From: Spirochaetia bacterium
Lineage (GTDB): Bacteria; Spirochaetota; Spirochaetia; DSM-2461
Direction: 5' to 3'
Assembly (NCBI GenBank): GCA_963668315.1
Contig: OY764216.1
Span: forward strand, 1,536,001-1,600,000
Length of the DNA: 64,000 nucleotides
Positions 59,033 through 64,000 of this stretch are shown here, one piece after another (position 1 is the first letter of the stretch; every line of letters starts with the position of its first letter). A program made the position numbers and the translations under genes. The notes beneath the pieces were generated by a model. It made no database searches. It was not told where the DNA came from and saw only the letters and a program-made list of their open reading frames with translations.

Positions 59033-61585
59033 ATGAAAAGGTTAAGTATACGAGGTTTGTTGGGGACGGTTGTTGTCATGGCATTCATGGCAGGATGCAA
59101 TATCTGGGGACCCGATGATCATGATGATCAGGAGACGATTGATTATTCTGATTATGAAGCGCTGACAGCTCTTGGTTTTAATATGAGAGCGGTTCCGGAT
59201 TGTGTGGATTCAAATGGAAATATTATTAATGCAAACGTGAATCCCCTAGGGGAAACAAGAACGTATTTCACCCATGATTGCGAAATCTTTCTTAGTGGTA
59301 CGAACAGTTCTCCAGAAGGTCCGCAAACCGGTATTTTTTCCGGTGAGGATGGCTCATACAAGTCCCTGGGGAGTGATACTGATAATGCATGGACAAACAA
59401 TTATCATAAGACAACCTGTGCCGACTTGAACGATGATGGTTGTGATGAAGTCATCACTATGTATTACGATGAAAGTAATAGTAAAATGATATTCCGAGTA
59501 CTTGAGTGTAAATATGATGGTAATAATGATGATCAAGAAGTTAATGATGATCAAGAAGTTAATGCTGATGTTACAGAATTGCACGAATTTGAATGGGCTG
59601 TGCAAGAAATGTCTTTACGGGGTAACTGGGGGCGTTATCGTTTGGATCTTGAAGCAGCCGATATTGACGGAGATAACAAGTATGAGATATTAGCCGTTAG
59701 CGGGAAGCAGCTACAAATTTTTGATGATTACGATAATAATTTTGGAGAATTACTAAAATCCCCTGAATACTACGAGTCAATAAAAGGGGATCCAGATGAT
59801 CTATCAATCGTTCGGATAGACTGTGCCGATTTTAATTTGGATGGAAAGGATGAGATAGTTGTTGTTAATGGTACAGTGGCTTTTAATAATTGGTTGATAT
59901 GGCCCGCTAATTTACTGGTTGATACAGATGAAATTACTGCGAAGTTATGGGTTTATGAATGGGAGAATGCTGGTCTTGACTCATTAGTCACTGCAAGGAA
60001 AATCGAGGATTTAGCTTGTGCTGATGTCGCTTGTGGAGATATTGACGGAGATGGAGTTCCAGAAATTGTTTTTGGTGGAAAAACCACAGAACTCTATTAT
60101 TATGAACAATATTCTGCTATTACTGTTTTTATGCATATGGGGGAATTAAAGGCAATGGATGTGGAATTAAGTGCAAGCGGTAATCTGTCAGTTGAAATAT
60201 TGGATTCTAGTTTTTCTTGGCATGATCCTAATCCCGAAATGGAAGGCAAGCTCCAAGTGAGTGATCAATATTGTCTTTCTACCCAGATTGGCGATATTGA
60301 TGGGGACTCCACTAATGAGATTGTCTGCTGGAACTCAGTCATTGTGTACGAAAGTAATCAGTTTTCTTTGAAGTATAGTTTGGAAGGATACAACTGCAGC
60401 ACCGGCGATAATGGTGACGGCTGTTATTTTGATATGATGAGACTCGGGGATGTCACGGGAGATTCCGTGGATGATATCGTATTCGTGGATCCTGATTATA
60501 GAAATGTATTTGTCTCAACCCTTGATACGAACGGAGGTATGACGACTCCCAAAAGGGTGGTTGATCTTAATGAGGATAAGGACAATTTCTGCGGTTCCCT
60601 TTGTCTCCCCGATGTCGATGGGGACAGTAATATCGTCGAATTTAAGGGCCATGAACTAACTTTTACCAAACCTAAGATTTCTACGGTTATTACATCACCC
60701 CCGTACTGGAGTTCGTATAATCAGAATTTGGACAACACAAATCTTGATTTTACAACATTAACGGAAAATGCGACGGAGTCAAGCCACGGCTGGACCGTTA
60801 CGGCTTCGGCCACCGCAGGGTTCAAAAAAGAATTCACCCTCTGTAATGATGTAGGAGCTGAATTTGTGGGTAAACTCAAAGTTACCGGAACTTACGACGG
60901 TTCCTATAATAAAACTTCAACACATTCTGTTTCAACGACTTATAGTTCTCCGCCGGGGGAAGATTATCTCGTAATTGTCACAATTCCCGTTGATGTCTAT
61001 GTCTATGAAGTATTATCTGCGAAAAGTGGTTGTAAAGAGAACGTGGGCGATATTGTCACCATTACCATTCCCCGTGAGGCTATGACTGTTTTTCATTCCC
61101 GGGAGTACTATAATGAGAATAACGGCGATTATACCGATATAAAGGATGATGCTTTGGGGAATATTACATACGGAAATCCTTTCAGCTATCCTACTTATGA
61201 GGAACAGGATGAACTTGTTCCTTCGGAAAATGGTTATAGAACGGACGAAAGTGACGGTATTCCCCTGCCGAGCGGAAGCGGCTCAATTGAGGTGACTGTC
61301 GCCGAATCAGAATCCACTGGATTTACTCATTCAGGTTCCGTAGTGGTGGAAGTGGAGACTGAATGGGAAATTGGTAATTATGTGGGAGGGTTTAGTGCTG
61401 GTGGAGGATATTCCTATACTTGGGAAAACAGCATAACCAAAGGGGTAGAGCTGACTCTCTCTTTGGGAGGAGTATCAGATTATCGTAAGAGTATAGGATT
61501 TACCGCAGGAGTAATGGCCTATCCCAAGGTTTACTATGATCAGGAATTCCTTCTTATCACATGTTGGGTTGAACCATACGAATAA
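59033..61585 (+). CDS. FG-GAP/VCBS-repeat lipoprotein with Ser/Thr-rich beta-hairpin C-terminal domain
   Basis: MAGC lipobox, seven D-x-(D/N/T)-x-D motifs (e.g. ADLNDDGCDE, GDIDGDGVPE). AT-richer than the core genes. Confidence 0.85.
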   Translation: MKRLSIRGLLGTVVVMAFMAGCNIWGPDDHDDQETIDYSDYEALTALGFNMRAVPDCVDSNGNIINANVNPLGETRTYFTHDCEIFLSGTNSSPEGPQTGIFSGEDGSYKSLGSDTDNAWTNNYHKTTCADLNDDGCDEVITMYYDESNSKMIFRVLECKYDGNNDDQEVNDDQEVNADVTELHEFEWAVQEMSLRGNWGRYRLDLEAADIDGDNKYEILAVSGKQLQIFDDYDNNFGELLKSPEYYESIKGDPDDLSIVRIDCADFNLDGKDEIVVVNGTVAFNNWLIWPANLLVDTDEITAKLWVYEWENAGLDSLVTARKIEDLACADVACGDIDGDGVPEIVFGGKTTELYYYEQYSAITVFMHMGELKAMDVELSASGNLSVEILDSSFSWHDPNPEMEGKLQVSDQYCLSTQIGDIDGDSTNEIVCWNSVIVYESNQFSLKYSLEGYNCSTGDNGDGCYFDMMRLGDVTGDSVDDIVFVDPDYRNVFVSTLDTNGGMTTPKRVVDLNEDKDNFCGSLCLPDVDGDSNIVEFKGHELTFTKPKISTVITSPPYWSSYNQNLDNTNLDFTTLTENATESSHGWTVTASATAGFKKEFTLCNDVGAEFVGKLKVTGTYDGSYNKTSTHSVSTTYSSPPGEDYLVIVTIPVDVYVYEVLSAKSGCKENVGDIVTITIPREAMTVFHSREYYNENNGDYTDIKDDALGNITYGNPFSYPTYEEQDELVPSENGYRTDESDGIPLPSGSGSIEVTVAESESTGFTHSGSVVVEVETEWEIGNYVGGFSAGGGYSYTWENSITKGVELTLSLGGVSDYRKSIGFTAGVMAYPKVYYDQEFLLITCWVEPYE
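59525..59560 (+). repeat. 18-bp in-frame tandem duplication (NDDQEV x2)
   Basis: AATGATGATCAAGAAGTT twice, followed by a partial third copy AATGCTGAT. Confidence 0.9.
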
Positions 61586-61596
61586 TCCCATTCCAC

Positions 61597-61625
61597 ATTC
61601 CCCGGCCGAACCCTCGGCCGGGAAT
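61597..61625. terminator. Hairpin between convergent genes (bidirectional terminator)
   Basis: ATTCCCCGGCCGA-accc-TCGGCCGGGAAT. Confidence 0.7.
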
Positions 61626-61635
61626 CCGTCGTAAT

Positions 61636-62811
61636 TTACCCGATCAGCCGCGTCATAATAACCCCTTCGATGGAGTTCATTTTTTCAATCAGCTCCGGGG
61701 TAACGCCGTTGCCGCCGCCGGCTACGTCGATAATATTGTAGGCTATGTCGCCCTTGTTGCGGTTGGTCATGTTGTCGACATTAATCCCCGCGTCGGCCAG
61801 AACCGCCAGAAACTGGCGGAGCATATCGGGTATGTTCTTATTGGCAATGATAAGGCGGGGCCCTTCGCTTCTTTCCATTTCGCAGGCAGGGAAGTTCACC
61901 GAGTTCTTGATGTTGCCGTTCTCCAGATAGTCCTTAATCTGATCCACGGCCATGACGGCGCAGTTCTCCTCCGCTTCGGGGGAGGAGGCGCCCAGGTGGG
62001 GTATCGTGATGATCTTGGGGTTTCCCAATAGTTCCGCTTCGGGAAAGTCGGTGACATAGCAGCTCACCTGTCCCTTTTCCAGCTGTTCCAGAAGCTGTTC
62101 GTTATTAACCAGTCCGCCCCGGGCGAAGTTGAGGATCCGAATGCCTTTTTTCATGGCATCGAATTTCTCTCCGCCGATGAGGCCGCGGGTCTTGTCGTTC
62201 AGGGGAAGGTGGAGGGTGATGTAGTCGCACTGGCTGAGCATCTGGTCGAGGCTGATGGCCTTTGTGATGTCACGGGAAAGTCCCCAGGCGGCATCGACGG
62301 AGATAAAGGGGTCGTATCCCATCACGTCCATACCCAGGCTGCTGGCCGCATTGGCCACTCTGACGCCGATGGCTCCCAGACCGATAACGCCCAGGGTTTT
62401 GCCCATGATCTCCGGCCCGGCGAAGGCGGATTTTCCTTTTTCCACGATTTTGGGAACTTCGTCGCCCTTATCCTTTTCGCCTTGAATCCAGTTGTATCCG
62501 CCGATAATATCCCGCGAGGAGAGGAACAGCCCCGCCATGACGAGTTCTTTAACACTGTTGGCATTGGCTCCGGGCGTATTGAACACGACAATGCCTCTTT
62601 CGGTGCATGCGTCCACGGGAATATTATTAACCCCCGCTCCCGCCCGTCCTATGGCTCTGACTGTGGAGGGGAGCTCCATGTCGTGCATTTTGGCGCTGCG
62701 CACCAGAATGGCGTCGGGATGGGAGATCTCCGAGGCAATTTCATAGTTATCCCGGTCCATCCGGTCCAGGCCCTTGGCGGAAATCTTATTCAGCGTCTGA
62801 ATACTGTACAT
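61636..62811 (-). CDS. serA: D-3-phosphoglycerate dehydrogenase
   Basis: RAGAGVNNI, NTPGANAN, GLGAIG, NFARG, PHLGAS, C-terminal ACT domain. Confidence 0.93.
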   Translation of the reverse strand: MYSIQTLNKISAKGLDRMDRDNYEIASEISHPDAILVRSAKMHDMELPSTVRAIGRAGAGVNNIPVDACTERGIVVFNTPGANANSVKELVMAGLFLSSRDIIGGYNWIQGEKDKGDEVPKIVEKGKSAFAGPEIMGKTLGVIGLGAIGVRVANAASSLGMDVMGYDPFISVDAAWGLSRDITKAISLDQMLSQCDYITLHLPLNDKTRGLIGGEKFDAMKKGIRILNFARGGLVNNEQLLEQLEKGQVSCYVTDFPEAELLGNPKIITIPHLGASSPEAEENCAVMAVDQIKDYLENGNIKNSVNFPACEMERSEGPRLIIANKNIPDMLRQFLAVLADAGINVDNMTNRNKGDIAYNIIDVAGGGNGVTPELIEKMNSIEGVIMTRLIG

Positions 62812-62829
62812 GGTTCTACCTCTCTGTTG

Positions 62830-63438
62830 TTATGGTATGAGGCACAGAAGCTCCAGGAGCATCGCGCCGATATTCACATTTTTAATAATTGGCCCCTTTT
62901 CTTCCCGGGGCAGGTAAAACCCGGAAAGATTCAGGACGGCCTTTACTCCGCCCCGAACCATACGGAGGTAGGCTTTTTCCGTCTCCTCCGGTTCGGTGGT
63001 GATTATACCCAGAACGATACCCCGCCGGGGAAGAATTTCTTCCATTTCCCAGGCAGGATACAGATCTACAGGAATATCGAGCCGTTCCATGCGGTTCATT
63101 TTTCCGTCAAAAGCGGCGGAGAGCTCGATATCGTCCGACTGAATCAGAAGTTCCGTTAAATGAAGCCCAAGCGGTCCCAGTCCTGCCAGTCCGGCCTTGA
63201 CGGGGGTATTCAGTCCAAGAGTGCACCGGATATCTCTGGAAAGTTCGTCCGAACGGTATAATCCAGAGCGGCCGGTGCGGCCCAGTCGGCTGATATCCTT
63301 CCTTATCGAATCGGCCGTGGTATCCAGATACCGTCCGATCAGGCGGGAGTTCAGATTCTCCTCCTCTTCCTCAAGCTGGGGAAGCAGGGTCAGGAGTTCG
63401 GTTAACCGGATCAACGCCGGGTCCGTCTTTCCAGGCAT
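62830..63438 (-). CDS. rex: Redox-sensing repressor Rex (divergent)
   Basis: Winged HTH with IRKDIS, Rossmann GLGPLG, AAFD, GVKAVLN. Confidence 0.8.
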   Translation of the reverse strand: MPGKTDPALIRLTELLTLLPQLEEEEENLNSRLIGRYLDTTADSIRKDISRLGRTGRSGLYRSDELSRDIRCTLGLNTPVKAGLAGLGPLGLHLTELLIQSDDIELSAAFDGKMNRMERLDIPVDLYPAWEMEEILPRRGIVLGIITTEPEETEKAYLRMVRGGVKAVLNLSGFYLPREEKGPIIKNVNIGAMLLELLCLIP

Positions 63439-63481
63439 GGTTTGACTTTAACACGGAGATGTTTTTTTAACAAGAATGGGG

Positions 63482-63497
63482 TGTGAAATAATTCACA
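63482..63497. promoter_or_regulatory. Rex operator
   Basis: TGTGAA-ataa-TTCACA matches the core of TTGTGAA-N4-TTCACAA, just upstream of the rex -35 (TTGTTA, 63468-63473). Confidence 0.85.
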
Positions 63498-63503
63498 GGA
63501 AGG

Positions 63504-63665
63504 TCAGGCCGGTTTGGAAGCGGTTGAATTATCGAAGCTATCGTCCTTCCCGTAGGAGGAATCATGGGAGAGGGCGGAGGGCATACCGTCTTTTTTCTGT
63601 TTTGAATAGAGGGAAGCTGCCATAATTAAGAGGCAAAGAGTCTGCAGTCGTGTGTCGTTTTTCAT
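63504..63665 (-). CDS. Unannotated 53-aa small protein
   Basis: CAGGAG-6nt-ATG, MKNDTRLQTLCLLIMAASLYSKQKKDGMPSALSHDSSYGKDDSFDNSTASKPA. Sigma54 promoter upstream. Confidence 0.5.
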   Translation of the reverse strand: MKNDTRLQTLCLLIMAASLYSKQKKDGMPSALSHDSSYGKDDSFDNSTASKPA

Positions 63666-63737
63666 TTACTTCTCCTGGGCAGCATGGACAACCGGCAGCT
63701 ATACAGCCGACAGCCATGCTCCTTGTTACTGTTTAAT

Positions 63738-63754
63738 AGCAATTTCCGGGCCAA
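63738..63754 (-). promoter_or_regulatory. Sigma54 -24/-12 promoter
   Basis: Minus strand TTGGCCCGGAAATTGCT: GG-N10-GC, one mismatch to TGGCACG-N4-TTGCW. Confidence 0.7.
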
Positions 63755-63870
63755 GTTCTAAGGGGCCTCATGGCAGGTTAGAATCAACCTAGTCTACTTT
63801 TATGTACAAAATGTGTTAAAAAAGCTTCCTTCCTGTGTCTTTGCTTCCTCCTTTCAGGAAGGGATCAGAT

Positions 63871-64000
63871 CTATGCCGAACGGGGGCAGAATCGGGACAG
63901 ATTCATCAGCTGGGCCGTTCCCGCTATGGTGGTGCCGTAGAAGTAGACCGGTTTACCCACAAGGTAATCGGGAAGGGTTCCGTTGACCACCGTGCTGCCC
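63871..64000 (-). CDS. C-terminus of a DUF364/Rossmann-like protein (5' part outside window)
   Basis: Hand translation GSTVVNGTLPDYLVGKPVYFYGTTIAGTAQLMNLSRFCPRSA-stop. Confidence 0.65.
   Translation of the reverse strand, partial: GSTVVNGTLPDYLVGKPVYFYGTTIAGTAQLMNLSRFCPRSA

Noticed and set aside
63562..63717. Alternative Cys-rich 51-aa minus ORF (MAVGCIAAGCPCCPG...)
   Set aside because: AAGGAG is only 1 nt from the ATG and the ATG is buried in a stem. The 63665 start has a properly spaced SD.
1..64000. CRISPR arrays, tRNA/rRNA, IS or prophage genes, recoded Sec/Pyl genes
   Set aside because: No spaced direct repeats, RNA gene signatures, transposase or integrase ORFs, or interrupted known enzymes were seen by eye. 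A covariance-model scan would be needed to exclude small RNAs.

Overview
Chromosomal window of a GC-rich spirochaete, probably Spirochaetaceae. This is inferred from the lptCAB-rpoN-hpf-hprK-ptsH-(two-component pair)-lexA-holA cluster, cyclophilin-FKBP fusions and many lipoproteins. It holds about 57 CDS. From left to right: a TetR/MMPL-RND/LolA-like/outer-membrane operon; class Ia nrdAB behind a perfect NrdR box; assorted metabolic genes; the envelope/sigma54/PTS/SOS core; radA with two tandem PPIases; and an accessory, partly AT-richer signalling region (about 43-61.6 kb). That region has an ECF sigma coupled to a soluble FliG-C/MotA-like chimera, an MCP, two PAS-LuxR paralogues, a YesMN-type sugar ABC cassette, an EAL phosphodiesterase, a membrane AraC and an FG-GAP lipoprotein with two long Ser/Thr-rich amphipathic beta-hairpin segments. 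The window ends with rex-serA. I saw no rRNA, tRNA, CRISPR array or transposase. Most notable: (1) the TM-less FliG-C/MotA chimera with its ECF sigma; (2) a candidate new beta-pore-forming lipoprotein; (3) at least nine genes whose start codon lies only 5-8 nt after a -10 box, suggesting pervasive leaderless mRNAs; (4) an unannotated sigma54-driven small ORF or sRNA beside a Rex box; (5) the HPr amber stop in frame with the downstream histidine kinase. All family assignments are from motif recognition by eye; no database searches were run.
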